This document shows positions 14,620 to 33,529 of a stretch of 64,000 nt of DNA, piece by piece (the stretch's first letter is position 1; each line of letters begins with the position of its first letter). A program made the translations under genes and the position numbers. Source of the stretch: the human T2T-CHM13v2.0 reference genome, Homo sapiens. The notes beneath the pieces are model-generated. The model was given only the letters and a program-made list of their open reading frames with translations. It ran no database searches and was not told the DNA's origin. The stretch is from the NCBI RefSeq assembly GCF_009914755.1, contig NC_060929.1; one strand, written 5' to 3'.

Positions 14620-14785
14620 AATTTTAATAATGTTTGTATGTTGAAATGATAATATTTTAGATATGTTGGATTGAAAGGTATTAGATTTGATTTTACCCAG
14701 TTCTTCTTACTTTTAAATATGTGGCTATTGGAAGTCTGGCAATTACATACGTGGTCCTCATTGGCTTCTGCTGGACAGCACTGCT
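14620..14785. mobile_element. hAT-Charlie MITE fragment (MER33-like)
   Basis: atgttgaaatgataatattttagatatgttgg...atgtggctattggaag...attacatacgtgg...ggacagcactg. Confidence 0.6.
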
Positions 14786-17700
14786 TTAGAAGATGGAGGC
14801 CATGCCTTTTCTCTGAGACCAGCTGAAGCGTTCTGTTAAGGAGCTGGCAAAGGGAGGATGCCAGAGAAAAAGCTGGAAACTAAATCCTGCAGAGTCCCTA
14901 AATGAGACGAGATCTCACAAGACTAAAGCTGGCACTTTACCATGACACCTCGTTCTTCCTTCCTTTCCTCCCTAGACTCTGAGGTTTTTGATGGTTGTTG
15001 CTTTCTTGCTTGTTTGTTTATTTTTGAGAAAACGACCACATGCTCACAGGCAGGTCCCCCGGCCTCTGGCCTGCACCAGAAAGCCTTCTGTGAGGCTGAG
15101 AGCACAGCCACCCTCCTCTCCCCTGCTCTTTGTTAACATGTTTTTCCCCATTCTGCACTGCCCAGGGCTGAGAGCTGTGTGGGAGGCTGATACACAAAAG
15201 GCACAAAAGCATCCCTGGAAATATAGTGAGAAGGGGACATTTATATTGACCAGAATTCCTTTTAGGGTGAGAATCGTTTTGTTTGAAATGTAGGAATAAT
15301 TTGATACTGTGCTTTGTGTGGTGGGGTGTAAAGACCCCTAGGTCCTAGTGGTTACTAAATTGCTTTCTAAAAGTGGCGATTTGGTTCATTGTAGGGCTTT
15401 CCTTCTGCTGAGTTGAGTGTGCAAGTTTGAAGCAAGAGATGAACTGCTTGGGGCAAACAGAGAGGTAGAAAACTGCCACAGGGATTCTATTCTCCTCTTA
15501 ATTTACTAAGCATGTGTTCTTTTGTCAATATTTTAATGAATATTGATTGGACAAGAAAGCAAATAATTAGACTCTGGGACACTCACATATCTTAGCCTGG
15601 CGCTGGCATGCTCTGATGAAAAGCATTTTCCCTATAGCTGCTTTTACAGTCTTACCTGGTTTAGTGAAGATTGTGTCTGTGTCCAGTGATGTTCAAAGCG
15701 ATGGCAGGGCTGCACATGTGCATGATGCACGCTTTAACACATCCTCTCTGGGAAAGCAAGGCAGGGGGCACTTTTTTAAACCAGAGTATTGATTTCTAAG
15801 ATGTAATAAATAGACCTATTGTACTAATGAGGAATGCCAACAAATACATCTTGAAATGAAGATGTGAGGCCACCACAAAAACGGAAGAGATGGGGGAAGG
15901 CCAAGGAGATATTTGCTTAAACTACAATCATCCAGTCAATGTGAAAAAAAAACAAAAACAACAACAACAAAACCCTTCCTCAATCTTATCTCTCTCTTCC
16001 ACTCAATCCCAAGAACCATAAATAGGTTATATTCCTTTTCATAACCCAAAAGCAGCACCATCTTTAATTCTTTTCTGATAATCCCTCCTTACCCTCCCCT
16101 AACACTTTAGACAGTATTCTGTATCCAGTGGATACAGGTTAAATAAATATAAGTTACTGACAGGAGACTTCTTAGCAGGGCCTGGCCATAAAGTGCCTTC
16201 ATGACCAGTCCTCATCGTCTGGACTCCCATGATTGAGTAAGAGAGGCTCTCTGTCCAGAAACTGAGCATGACTTGAGCAAGCCTGTGGGCATTTGCCATT
16301 TTTCTGAGCCTAAAACTGCAGCACCTGATTCTGCACATGGTCCAGGCAGAGATAGATTGCCCAAACAGTGGGATCTGGCTCTTTCAGTTGTGGCTGGAGA
16401 TTGCGTGAGACATGGCAGCTCCAAACTTCTGGGCTGCTTGGTACCCAAGGAAATTGGGGATTGATGAGTTTGCTGAGCTGTGAGAAGTTGTTTTGAACTT
16501 TTCTAAGGGAGCTAAAAGACATAGAGTCACATTTCTCCTCGGGGTACCTGGGCACCAGCCCAATAGTCTTACAGTGACCTCTTCCACACACTTTGGGTGG
16601 TTTGTTCTCTGGAGATGCCCATTCCCATGTTCTGTATGTGGGAAGTCAGGAAAAAGTCAAGAAAGATGCATTTCTTCCAAAAATTGTCATTGACTAATTC
16701 TATTCTCCTGAGGATAGTAGCAGCAATTGCTAGTAATATGTAATAGTCATATTAGCAAACACTTAATTGAAGCTTGCTGTGTGCTAGGTACTATTCTAGG
16801 CACATTGCACACACTAAGTATTTAATCCTCACAACAATTCTCAGAAGTAGGTGCCATTATTGTCCCCACCTTATAGATGTGAAAACAGAGGCACAGAGAG
16901 GTTAAATAATTTGTCTAAGATCACACATTTGATACATTCAGATTTAATCAGAGTTTGGATTCTTAATTTTACACTAGATTGCCTTTCAGTGTGTATTCAT
17001 TCACTGTTACATATGTTTGTTTGCTCATATCACAGTGCGGGGAGTATATCAGGTAGAATTTACTGGCCAAATTCATCTTAGACACCAAAAAAATTGAGCC
17101 CTAGGCATAGGCTTTCACATCTCTGCAAAGCACTCGGCCACCTAGTAATGCTTTGTAGACATTTTCCCTGGAAGGCTGACTGATGTGCAGCAGGTACACA
17201 TGTGATGTTGGTGGCACGCGTGTGGTGGTAAATTGAGTGGACCACATTTTTATCGTGTGGTCTATTTGGCTCTGAATGTGTTGTTGTGGCCTCTGACACA
17301 AGGTTTATTTTACGTGATCTAAATGCGAATTCTGAAGTTTCGATTTTGAGAAAAGAAAGGAGCCTTAAAACATACTGGACTCAAATGCCGTAATAGTCCT
17401 ATGCAGACTGTGGAGGGCTCCACAAGGCAGGCTGAGGGAGGGAGAGGGTTAGAGAAGGAAGGAGGCAATGAGGGACACACAGGAAACAGGGGCCACCAAG
17501 AAACAGGCAGCAATTTGTTATCAAGCAGTCTAGAGTTTCTCATAGAGAGAGAAAAATGAATTCGGGCAACTATTTCTTGGGTAGGAAGATCATTCAGAAA
17601 GCCTGTCAAATCCAAGGAAGTCATGGAAATGGTTGTGGTTTACTGTTTGTGATAGTGAACAACATAGATCTAATTACTTTATTTAGAGTTAGCATTAAGG

Positions 17701-17869
17701 TTTAGATGTACTGTGTGTGTCTGTGTCTGTGTGTAAAAAAAAAAAAATGTTCGTAAGGCTGGGGATTATGCCAAAGGAATAAACTGAACAGAATCTCTCT
17801 ATCTCTCTCCTCAACTCCTCTCTCCCCTTAAGTCTTAGAAATAAGAGAAAAAAAATATAAAAATATACA

Positions 17870-18605
<736 letters not shown>

Positions 18606-19499
18606 TATGTCAAGAGAAAGTATAGCCGTAGTGGAGCAGAAATTATGAGGAACCTCTGAAAGCTGGAGGTAGATGAGATCACATTGAAGGAAGAATCTAC
18701 AGCCTGAAACAGATTTAGGAGGAGGGGATGGAGGAGGGGATGACAGCCCAGGAAGAGTGCTGAACTGAAGGCGGAGGAGAAGGGGAACAGCAGGGGCCTG
18801 GTTGGGAGTTGCTTGCTGTTAAGATCTCCTGGAGGTGAGCCTCTTCCCTCTTCTAGGTAGTTGCTGCAAATCTGGGAGCCTGGGCAGTGCCCGGGGTGGT
18901 TGGGGAGGCCCGTGTGGAAGCATGAGCCCTGTGCCCAGGACTCCAGGGTGGTAACTGGAGGTGGGCTGTGATCAGAGACAGGCTAAAAGGAAATGGCCAA
19001 TAAAATGATAACCTCACAACCCAAAATCACCATACCTTAGAGGATAACACCCATCATGGAAGATAGATAACATCCAAAAAAAAGAGTATCTGAAGAGACA
19101 TGATTAATATAGCAACCAAGAGGAAACTTTAAAATATGTATACCTAGCATTTGCAGAGCACTGAGAGAATTGTGTTCCATACCACATCCATCCACCCGTT
19201 ATTCAAATAGAAAGGTAAATTAAGACATTTTATAACAACAAAAACACTTAAAAACATACCATTTGTGAACCACGCAATAATTAATACAGAACACACTTCA
19301 GCAATATTAAAAATGAGCTTCAAAGATATGGAAAACAAACAGCAGTACTGAGCAAAGAAAGCATAATTTATAACTGAGAATTATTTAAAACACAATAAAA
19401 TTTCGTACTAAAATCTCATATAATTTCAACATTGTGGGAGCTCAGAGGTCAGAGGAGGAGACAGGAAGTTACAAGTACTCATTAAAGCTAGGCTTCAAT

Positions 19500-20235
19500 A
19501 ATTTAAACATAAGTTTTTCATAAATTTGACATACATTGAAATATGTCTTAAAATTTTTAGTATAACTACTAGAAAAGCAGAAATAAGAGGAATAACCACC
19601 AACCAATTAAGGAAAAATGTGGAATAAATATAATATGTAAAAGAAATATAATCAATCCAAAAAATTTGTCAAACGGTAAAATAAGAGTCAATAACAAAGC
19701 ATGGTAAATATAATACACACAAAAATGATGACTGGGACAAGTACAAAGTATGAGAAATAAATGTAAATGGTTTAAATGACTCCACATGAAACAAAGAAAC
19801 ACAGCTTTGAAAAATGAATACCAGATATATGTTTTTTATGAGTGACACATAAAATGGAATGACTCAAGAAAGGTGAAAATATATGGATGGGTAGAGACAT
19901 TCTAAGCAAATACTAATAACAATAATGATAACAAAGGCTATTATAACATATTAATATTAGAGAAAATAGAACTCAATATTAAGATTATTTAAAGGGAAAA
20001 AACAATATGTTTCATGTTGATAAAAGGTTCAATTCAACAAGAAATGTATTCGTTACAAGATGTTATGTACACCATAGTTTCAAATTTCCTAAGGCAGAAA
20101 TCACTAAAAATGTGAGAAAATGTACATTAACATTGTAATCTGCGAATTTACGTGCTTGTTTTAAAAACTGATGCATTAAGTAAGCAAAATTTAAAATAAA
20201 ACTATAGAAAATTTGAATAAAAATTATCAAACCTG
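19500..20235 (+). mobile_element. Old L1M fragment (start of ORF2 endonuclease region)
   Basis: A-rich; ataaatgtaaatggtttaaatg (NVNGLN-like), aagcaaatactaat, ataaaaggttcaattcaacaagaa. Confidence 0.65.
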
Positions 20236-20332
20236 ATTTGCTTGAGAGCTATTATGATCAGAAGTTGGTTATATGGGGCTATTTACGGGATGAAAACAAC
20301 ATTTTGTTTAATAACCTTTCGTATATCATCAC

Positions 20333-20502
20333 TTCCTTCTGTCCTTCCTTCATTTCCTTTCCCCTCCCTCCCTCCTTTCCTTACTTCCTTCTTTCCTTCC
20401 CTTCCTTCCTTTCCTTCCTCCCTCCCTCCCATTCCTCCCTCCCTCTTTCCTTCCTTCCTTCCTTCCTTCCTTCCTTCCTTCCTTCCTTATCAGTCATCCA
20501 TG

Positions 20503-20548
<46 letters not shown>

Positions 20549-20550
20549 CT
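20333..20550. repeat. Compound microsatellite (TTCC/CCCT)n followed by (TATC)n
   Basis: Directly visible pyrimidine tract and GATA-type tetranucleotide repeat. Confidence 0.95.
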
Positions 20551-20855
20551 ATCAATCCCTATTTTATTTATGGTAAATGATTCAAACAGTACAAAGGAGA
20601 GTGAAGAAAAAGACTCATTTCTTCCGTCTCCCTCAGTTCCCCAGTTCTCCACTCCAAATGCAGCCACCATTTTCAGTTTTCATATCATTCCAAGTAATGT
20701 GTGCCAACATAAGTTTGTACCAGTATGTGTGTATGTATGTATGTATGTTTGTATGTGTGTCTATCTAGGAATAGATATTTGCTTTTTAAAATATTTGTAC
20801 TTGAACATATGTGTTTTCCTATGCGAATAAATATTTTTGCACAGCATTATTTTAA

Positions 20856-21218
<363 letters not shown>

Positions 21219-22106
21219 TGAGTAATGTGTCTATGACAATTCTTACACATACTTTGGTGATCAATTTGTAAAAGTAGAATCAAATGTGGATCAACATAAA
21301 GGAACATTTGTAAGACTTTTGAATAGATGTCACCAAGTTGTTTTCTGGAATGTGTTTCTTAAATTTTCATTGTGAATTTAACATAGAGTACTCAGACACT
21401 AGTCCAAGTCTATATTTAATAAGTGAGTAAAGTCTTAGCTAAGAAATTTGATAGTGATGATCTGATTGTTGAGGAATACTAAACCAGTTTCAAGTTGAAG
21501 AGCCAGGCCTTTTTTTTTCTGTGTATTCAAATCTATCAGCCCAAAGTTGCTATAGCCAAGACAAAGCTTTATTCATGTATGCTTCTTGTCAGAAGATGGC
21601 TAAACTTGAGGGTGGAAGGTGATAGGAGATCAACAAAGAATTCAGTATTTCTTGGCTTCTTTGGAAGTTCAGCTTTAAATATATTCTGTACTTCCTAATA
21701 GGATGAATAGAAATGTTCCTGAGAGGGAATGACAATATGACGAAATTTTGTTTTGGGAAGGTATACAACTTTTAAAATTGTATAAAGTAAGAAGGCAACC
21801 ACAACCTGTTTCATAACATAAAACACCAAATTTAGGATTGACCATGGGACTATGTTAATTGTTCCAAAAAAAAAAAAAAAACCAAAAAAGACTACCTTAA
21901 CATATTGACAATGAAAGGGCTTCATATAAAAATGAATTTAGAATTTGGAAGCACTACTTATTATATCAGCATCTTGAAAATTAATAGTTAACATATTAAT
22001 GGCTCTGAGAAATCCAATAAAACACTTCCTTAAATTCATTTTACTCAGCATTTTTGAAATCTATTTAACCAATAACCAATTCCCCTTTTAAAAACATGTG
22101 ACACCT

Positions 22107-22413
22107 GGCCAGGCATGGTGGCTCACGCCTGTAATCCCAGCACTTTGGGAGGCCGAGGCGTGTGGATCATGAGGTCAGGGGTTCACGACCAGCCAGGCCA
22201 AGATGGTGAAACCCCGTCTCTACTAAAAATACAAAAAAAATTAGCTGGGTGTGGTGGCAGGTGCCTATAATCCCAGCTACTCGGGAGGCTGAGGCAGAGA
22301 ATTGCTTCAGCCTGGGAGGCAGAGGTTGCAGTGAGCCAAGATCATGCCACTGCACTCCAGCCTGGGCAACAGAGCGAGACTCTGTCTCAAAAAAAACAAA
22401 ACAAAAACAAAAA
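22107..22413 (+). mobile_element. AluS (Sg-like)
   Basis: Full dimer; TSD catgtgacacct on both sides. Confidence 0.95.
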
Positions 22414-23848
22414 CCATGTGACACCTATTAGATACCCTCAGAATTGGTTTTCTGGAGAACATATTTTTGATAATGCTGGCCCACAATATGGTGGATTCAT
22501 CAAGATAATACCAAAATAATTTGTTGGTACAATTTCCTACTAGTTATATCAAAATTATTGAATATCAAGACTGCTATTTTGGGACCTGTCATTTAGCTAA
22601 GTCATGGAAATGAATCATGCTGAATTAGATGCCGTCAACTTCTCAGGTCTATGCTGACAACATCTTAATACTTTATTACGATCAGCTAGTCCCTCTAATT
22701 ACAAGAGATGTTAAAGAAGTTCTATAATTTTCTTCAGACATCTGTAGACAGATAAAGAATACATGACTTAGCAACACTGTTGTGTAGATTTCCCATTTCC
22801 ACATGCACTCTGATCAAAGTCTGTCAATATCCATTTATTCTCAAAAAAACAAGTTGAAGCAGGTAGGAAGATTGCTAAGAGAAGGAAGATGAAGCCACTG
22901 TCGAATAAAGCAAAACACAATTTGCTGCCCCACCTCCTAGAGATCATCTATTAGTGTGACATCAGGTTGTATTACCTGATGAATAATGGCTGACAGATCC
23001 CTTAATTCTGCCCACCAGTAATTAATAGGAACTACCTTAATTATACATCATTCTTTTAAAAATTATAAATAGCATAGATCAATCTTCTTTTTACTTCACC
23101 TACTACTTGTGTCTTACTTCAAGTTCTTTATTGTGGTATAAATTATTTCTGTTGAAAAGACTAAAAGTGAAGCTTATATTTTGTTTTATTAATTTCGTAT
23201 TATTATTTTTGCTTTTGATTGCAAATTGATGTATACTGCTTATAAAGAATTCAAACAATCAGAAACATCTAAATTAAAAAGTAAATTCTCATCCCTCCCC
23301 TAACCCTGCTATCCAAGGCGTAATCTATGTTAGTAGCTTGATATGAATACTTCTAGATGTGTACAAACAAATATTTATATGTTTTATACATTAATGATTA
23401 TATATTTTTTATTTTTACAAAAATCTTAAACTACCAATTATATGTTCCTAGAACTTGCTTTTTCCCTCATTAACAATATTTTAAACACCATTCTATTTTA
23501 GTATATATACATCTCCATTGTTCATTTTATGGCTGCTTAATAATTCAATGTATGTATATATTAACATTTGTTTTACCGGTCTTTAATATATGGATAATTA
23601 TATATGTTCTTTTCCTTTTTCTTTTCTTAAGGAACAATGCACAGTATACATCATTTAACAATGCAATTGAATCTTAGTCAATTCTAAAATCAACATACAA
23701 GGCAACAATCCCTAGAAGTGAAATTAAGTCATGAATTAATTAAAAACAGTATTTAGTTTAACATGTATAGTACAAACCGGCACAGTCATATGTATGTAAA
23801 CATGTATAATATATAGAGGAATGTATATTACATAATAAATTCATATAA

Positions 23849-24217
<369 letters not shown>

Positions 24218-25112
24218 AAGGTGAAGATTTTATTGTACATAGGTCTTTGTACACTTGTGCGAGAACTCAAGATTTTCTACATGATTTTTCAGCCAGGATT
24301 ATTTTTATTAATATGCACATTTGATCATGTCACTTCCCTGCGTAAAACTATTAATTGGCTTTCAGCAGAACTCAGATAATACCTCAGATCCCTAAAAAGG
24401 TCCACATGCCTCTGCCCAATCACCATTGCCTATCTCTTGAGCTTCATCTTGAAATACCCTCCCCATTTCTCAGTGGTCTTGGGCCACCCTAGTCTTCAAT
24501 GTATTGAATGTGCCCTTGCATATGCTCTTCTCTTTGCCTGGAAGATTCCTTTTTCCACAGATTCTTGGGTAATCCTTCATGACTCCCAAACTCATAATAC
24601 ACATTTGGTACCTCTTTTATTAATTCTCATTTCAGGCACTGTTTTTTATTAGAATACTTACCATAATTTAAGAAAATGTATATATGTTGATTTATTCAAC
24701 AACCTATATAATCTCTTCCATGAGACTGTAAGCACCCTAAAGTGTTCACCACCATCTCCTCAGCCCCTAGCACATCATAGGTACTCGGTAAATAGTGATA
24801 ATGAAGCACACACACCCTTTCAAAGCACTTCATAAAACTCCTCTCAGTGCTACATTTGTGAACATATTTAATCCTCATTGCCAAAACTATAAGTTGGCAT
24901 TACTATTATCCCCATTTTGCAGAGAAGGCAATGGAAACATGGAGATGGTAAAGTCATTTGGCCAAGGTCATGTGGGTAGTAAGTGGCAGCACTGGGATTT
25001 GAATATAAGTAGTGAGTCTGGCTCCAGCATCTCTGCTCTTAACCACTGCAGCAAGGTCTGAATATTTTTAATATGAGAACTCTAATACACACCAGTAGAG
25101 AATACCCCAGAA

Positions 25113-25470
<358 letters not shown>

Positions 25471-27412
25471 TTATTTATGAGTCTAAGATGTATTTGTTCT
25501 AAGTTTATTTTTGAGATGTTTTATCGCTAATCGTTAACTTTACCATGTTCAATAAATGAAAAACAGCGAAGATATTAAGAAATACTATGGGTCTATTTAT
25601 TATAAAAAAAGATTGAGTTTAAAAAAAATTAAAAGATCTGAGAAAAAAATGATTGTAGTATCACTTTGGACTGCCAGATTTCCATCCAGAAAGACTGTAT
25701 TGATTTTCTATTCTCCACGGTTCATGAAAGTGCCCTTTCCCCACACTCTCCCAAACACTGAATATGATTTGTCTTTTTCATTTTTGTCATTTTGATGAAT
25801 GTTTCAAAGGAAGATGGCAGTCTTTGGTTAAATAAGTATTGAGCACTTGGTAAATGCTTGGTATCAAAGCACTTGGTGAGTGCCTTCCTGCTAAGAGCTT
25901 CCTGTCGAACAACTTTTGCATAAATCATCTTATGGAGGCTCCACAACATTGTGCGTGGGGGGAGGAGGGTAGTTATTGGCATTATATTTTAAAGATAAGG
26001 AGTCAGAGGATAGGGACTTGAGTGGCTTTCCCAGAGTTACACAGAGGTCTCTAACTCTCTAGTCCTTTCTATCTGTGTACAGCATGTAGTGCACATTGAG
26101 CAATTTTAGAGTTTGATTCGCCAAGTACTTACTGTATTCTTAGTTTTGTGTTAGGTGCAATGTTTGATAATAAAGAAGTATAATACTTGGTTTCTACCCT
26201 TAAGAAACATGTATTTCAATTATATATGCTAGCCGAACACTTAGGACTTAGAGGCAAATAGCGTAGAACAACGAATGATTAAATACTTAGCTGTGTAGTA
26301 GAGACCACAAGTAACATATCATCTGCAAGATGTTTTGAGTGCCATTATATGCAGGATACTAAAGTAAGCCTTGGAGAGAACCAAGAGATGAGAGGTAAGA
26401 TGTATGTAATCAAGAAAGCTATAGGCAGATAGAGGTCAGTGATGGCTGCAGAGGCAAAATCTGATGATATCGTGAAGAATGAGTGGAATTTAAATAGACA
26501 AAGGTGTGGTTCTTTCCTAAGAGGTCCACAAGATGAGTGAATGTATAAGGTTAGGAATAAATGTAACCTATTTCAGAGACTGACATTTTCTTTCATTATG
26601 AAAAATGATCCCACAAATAAAATCACCTTGCTCTATCAGAAAATTTAATAGATAGCTGGAAGTAATTAATGAAACAGCATGTAATCGCTATGTGGTAGAG
26701 CAATCAGAAATCGTATAGCAGTATTCACTAATAAGGTAATTTAAACTCATTTTCAAGGATGAGAAGAATGAACTCTGAAGGACTGCTTGATATGATTCCA
26801 CTTGGCCTCAACAACATACTGAGTGTTCTGCTACCCCAAAGCATATGGTGCATATTTATAGGGTTCCATATGAAAGCATACATAAATTAAGCCTGCACAT
26901 TTGACCTTAAATAAGCAATTTGCTCTGAAACCTGAAAGTCTTCTAAACCCAAACTCTGTGCGTCTAATTATCTGCCACAAACACAGAATTATGAAAGATG
27001 AATTCTGTAAACAGAAAAAGAGCTAACCAATCTCCTTTAACAAGTTGATTTTTTAAAGACTTGTGTAAAAACATGTAAGAGTCTACAGTTCAGAGCCAGC
27101 AATCTTCTGTCTCACAGACTCATTGCAATATATCAAAAGAAATTTCTAGATAGTCCCTTTTGACCACCTAGGGAGAGGAAGTGGTCTGCCTTTTTAAGCT
27201 TGCTATCTAAATTGTGGACAATTTTCTTAACCTTGTATATAAAATGAGGATAATAATACCATCTATTCCATAGAGTTGTTGCACAAATTAGAGAATATTT
27301 AATGTATAGAGATTTCCACAATGACTACATACAGTAGACACCAACTGAAAAATACTTACAGTTGTTGTTATTATTTCTGTTTTTAAGATCATTAATTAAA
27401 TTTGAGAAAACA

Positions 27413-27746
27413 GGCTGGGTGCAGTGGCTCATGCCTTTAATCCTAGCACTTTGGGAGGCTGAGGCGGGTGGATCACCTGAGGTCAGGAATTCGAGACCAG
27501 CCTGGCCACCATGGTGATACCCTGTCTTTCCTAAAAATACAAAAATGAGCCAGGCATGATGGTGCGTGCCTGTAATCCCAGCTACTCAGGAGGCTGAGGC
27601 AGGAGAATCACTTGAATTTGGGAGGCAGAGGTTGCGGTGAGCCGAGATTGCACCATTTGTACTCCAGCCTGGCCAATGAAGAGTGAAACTCCACCTAAAA
27701 AAAAAAAAAAGAAAGAAAGAAAAGAAAAAGAAAGAAAGAAAAAAAA
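27413..27746 (+). mobile_element. AluSq/Sp-like with (GAAA)n tail
   Basis: Full dimer; TSD ttgagaaaaca. Confidence 0.93.
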
Positions 27747-29286
27747 ATTGAGAAAACAAGGAACCCCTTGGGGAAAAGGGAAAGTACCTAACATTTTCCT
27801 GGTGCCTGTTACGTGGTCAGTGGCTCATATGCTTTATGAATATCATCTCAATTTTTTAGCTGCAAAGGAGCGTTTTACCCATATGCAAGGGCTGAGCCTA
27901 TGTGTATTACTTACATAAAATAAGGGTTTTTAGCAAAACAAGGAGACATCTTGTTAACATTAAAACATGCAATCCATTTCTGCTATTATTTTAACCCTAA
28001 TTTGAAATAATAGACTTTGACCTAATGTTACAGATTTCAGAGAATAATGGAAAACTCCAGTCTTTCTAAATTTCCTAGGCTGGCCATAAACTGTAAGATC
28101 AAGTTGTTTTTATGACCGTAGCTTGTATAAATATAGCCAAGTTATTTTGGAAGTCTCTAAAATGTTATTATTTAAGCAAGTCTTTAGGATGTTGCCCTTG
28201 AGAGAAAGATTTGCTTTTTGCTTGTATTAGAAATTGTGGTTCTCTGATGGCTTTCTGTGATTAGCACTTGTTGGACACTTAAAGCATTTCTTATCAGGAA
28301 GATATAATTGGATCTCCTACGATTTTGCATCTTCAAATGTATCTCTGAATGGCCACCCGAGAAAGCATTTAGCAGAAACACTTGTTAATGGATTTTTTTC
28401 TTATCCCAGGTTTACTTCTAATGCAATAATAATCACATATATTTCCAAAGTGCTTTTTATTCTCAAATACAAATACAGCAGAGCTCCTTACAAACTAAAT
28501 GTAATTCTGAAATCTTGTGTTCCATCTCACCATCAGCTCTCTCTGGAGTAGGACATAGGCACAGCAACAAGGAAAGAGGGGAATTCAGAGACGGTTCCAG
28601 GATAAGACAAGACTGGGAGCATTGAGCCCACTCGAAATTGTTTTGTGTTGGAAATGCTAACCTCTTGGCCTTCAAGCTGAATGCAAATTCGTCCTCCAGG
28701 AATTAGTCATTCTGTTCTGGGCTGTAGTTCATGCTTTTCTCCCACTCTCTTTTGTGTCGCACTCATGAAGATCCCTTGCAACTGAAGCCAGGAGACAGTT
28801 TTTAGTTAAAAAGAGGAGTGAAAATTGTGCTGAAAAAGAAAAAAAAAACGCAGTGGAATCAGCAGCTTTGATACAGAAATATAAATATTGCTTTGTTGAT
28901 TTCAGTTTTTTGATGAGGGACACATATGCCCTTTTCCTTTTCCTCTCCTGATTTCCAAAACCATAAATTATTAACTTTGCCTGTTTTAAAAACTTTGCTT
29001 AAAATTATGTTTGTGATTCATCCAAGTTTTGGATATAGTAACATCTGTGCATTTACATTGTTAGTAGTATTATATTGTATAAATGTACCACAATTTATTT
29101 TACACACACACACACACACACACCCTTTTTTCACCTAAGGGTGTACGTAAACTATTATGACAACTGAAATACATAAAACAATTTTCATATCAATTAAAAT
29201 GGTAAGGTCAACCTTAGGTCAGTTTTTTAAACGGCAGAATATTCTGATATTGCAGAATATCTACAAATATGGGTACCTCACAATCA

Positions 29287-29679
<393 letters not shown>

Positions 29680-29995
29680 CTAACTCACTGCAGCACACAA
29701 TGCAGTACCTGGGCAAGTGAGTAACTGGGACTCTCATTTACTAATGTGGGAAAGCAGGGGAACGAGAAGTTCTGGTGCGGGAGGGTACACTAAAGAGGTT
29801 TCCTTTGAAAATGTTAGGTTTGGGATACCTATTAGATGTCAAAATGGAAATCTTGAGTAGGTAGTTACACATCAGTGTCTGCAGTGTAGGAGAGGCGAGG
29901 GCTAAGATATAAATGTGGGAGTCATTTAGGATTTACATCAAGTCATGAAGTGGATAAAAAGACTTATGGGTGAGTAAACATAGAAAAGAGGAGAA

Positions 29996-30343
<348 letters not shown>

Positions 30344-30457
30344 TTAGATATTTGGAGGTGGAGGAAATGCCAGCAAAGGGGACTGAAATATAGCGGCCCT
30401 TCAAATTGGAAGAAAACAAGGAGTGTTATCCCGGTAGTTAAGTAAAGAAAATATTTG

Positions 30458-30863
<406 letters not shown>

Positions 30864-31942
30864 CTATGAGTGCTTTTTGTGGAACAGTGAGGACCAGATC
30901 GTTATAAGAGTGAGTGGAGGAGAGAATGTGAGTTGAGGAAATGGAGACTCTAAGCATAGACAATTATTTAATGAAGTTTTGATATAAAGGAAGGCAGAGA
31001 AATAAGGCAATAGCTGGAAGAGTTCATGGAGTCTGCACTTTTTTTAATGGGAGAAATAAGAAAATGTTTGTATGCTGATAGAACTGATACAGTAGAAAGG
31101 GAGAAGATGATAATTTCAGAAAAGATAATGAAAGGAAACAAAATACAGATTTTTAAGATAAACAGAATTAGGAAAGTTTGATGAACTACAATGGACACTA
31201 GCCAAAAGAAAATGATATATAAAGCCTTTACTGTATGAAATTAAGAAAATAACAATTTACCCCTCTCAGAAACATTATTTTCTAAAGCATAAACCACGGA
31301 TCTTGTGTTTTCTTAATGGCCATGTTTGTGCATGTATAAAAGTACAAAACATTTAGAAATTCATGTCCAAGAGATTCTATACCCTGGTATAAACATTTAC
31401 TCACTTTGTCCATGTTTATTTTCACAATAGTAACCAATAAAACTAAAGATTTTCTAAGTAGCAGGATCACTATAACAAATATTCCATCAAAACAACCAGG
31501 GAAAGAAAGCACTTTCAGCTAGCATTTTAGTATTATCCTAACTCTTTTACAAAGCAATTGTGTCATTGGCTAACCATCTCATCAGTTTGAACAACTGTGA
31601 AAGTTTACGAAAATTCTTTCCTAGTTGCTTTTTCAGAGAGATACTAGAAGGAATTTGCATGTTTGTGCACACTAGTGTGTGTTCCTCTTTTTCTTTCTTT
31701 CTTTTTTTTTTTTTTTTTTGGTATAGCCTTTTTCTTTCTGTTTACTTCTGCAATCTTTTATGTTTGTGCTTAGAATAATAGATGTGTTTTCTGAGATTCT
31801 TAAATCCTTCCATCAGCATATTTCATAGATTTTCTTGGCTCTGTTGATAAGATAGGAAAAGAACAGTGTAAGCAGCAGATGCTGTTTTTGTTCCATAAAT
31901 GAAGACAATTAATAAGTTTAATTTTGCATAAAAATGAAAAGA

Positions 31943-32319
<377 letters not shown>

Positions 32320-32336
32320 TTAAAAACTACACAATG

Positions 32337-32643
<307 letters not shown>

Positions 32644-33226
32644 CTACACAGTGAACATCGACTATCTAGACATAGTTTTTGGATTTCTTCTTTTTAGAAA
32701 ATAGTGTTGCTAAATATTTATATTTCTTGCAATTTTCCCTTTATGACTAAGCTTATTCCTTATGTGCTTGGTGTAACAAACATAATTCTTGTACTTCACA
32801 TTTTTGAACAGTAGTGTGTATTGTGGAGAACCTTCTAGGTTTTAAAGCCTTTTTAATGCTTTGTCTCATTTGAACTTTTTTTGTGGCATGAGCATGGCAA
32901 CTGCTACTTTAAAAACTAGGCTGAGGCTTATAAAGAGTAAGTGGCTTGCCTAGCAGCTCAGCTAAGTCTGAAACCTAAGCATTCTGACTGCCAACCTCAT
33001 GAGCCTTTCATTTGCCAAACTGCCTCTCCAGCCATGTTTGTTTCCATTTTAAACCCATCACAATTTCTGAAAATCAGACCTAATGTTCCCCTTTGCATTT
33101 GCTGGGCTGGCTTTTGGTATACTACAATTTTATACCTTTGGAAACTTTGAAGATTTTTAAAAAAATACTTCCTTTAATTTTGCTATCAATATCTTTTCCA
33201 TAATGTGTTTAAAAATATTTATTGTA

Positions 33227-33498
33227 GGCCGGGCGCGGTGGCTCACGCTTGTAATCCCAGCACTTTGGGAGGCCGAGGCGGGTGGATCACGAGGTCAGGA
33301 GATCGAGACCACGGTGAAACCCCATCTCTACTAAAAATAAAAAAAAAAAAATTAGCCGGGCGTGGTGGCGGGCGCCTGTAGTCCCAGCTACTCGGAGAGG
33401 CTGAGGCAGGAGAATGGCGTGAACCCGGGAGGCGGAGCTTGCAGTGAGCCGAGACTGTGCCACTGCACTCCAGCCTGGGTGACAGAGCGAGACTCCGT

Positions 33499-33526
<28 letters not shown>
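33227..33526 (+). mobile_element. AluYd-lineage element (Yd3 / AluYc3-type)
   Basis: 12-nt left-arm deletion (gagacc^acggtg at 33310/33311), cacgcttgta, and ctcggagagg insertion; TSD atttattgta. Confidence 0.85.

Positions 33527-33529
<3 letters not shown>

Noticed and set aside
20238-20830. Overlapping ORFs of up to 112 aa rich in S/F/L/P and Y/V/C
   Set aside because: They come from stop-free microsatellites.
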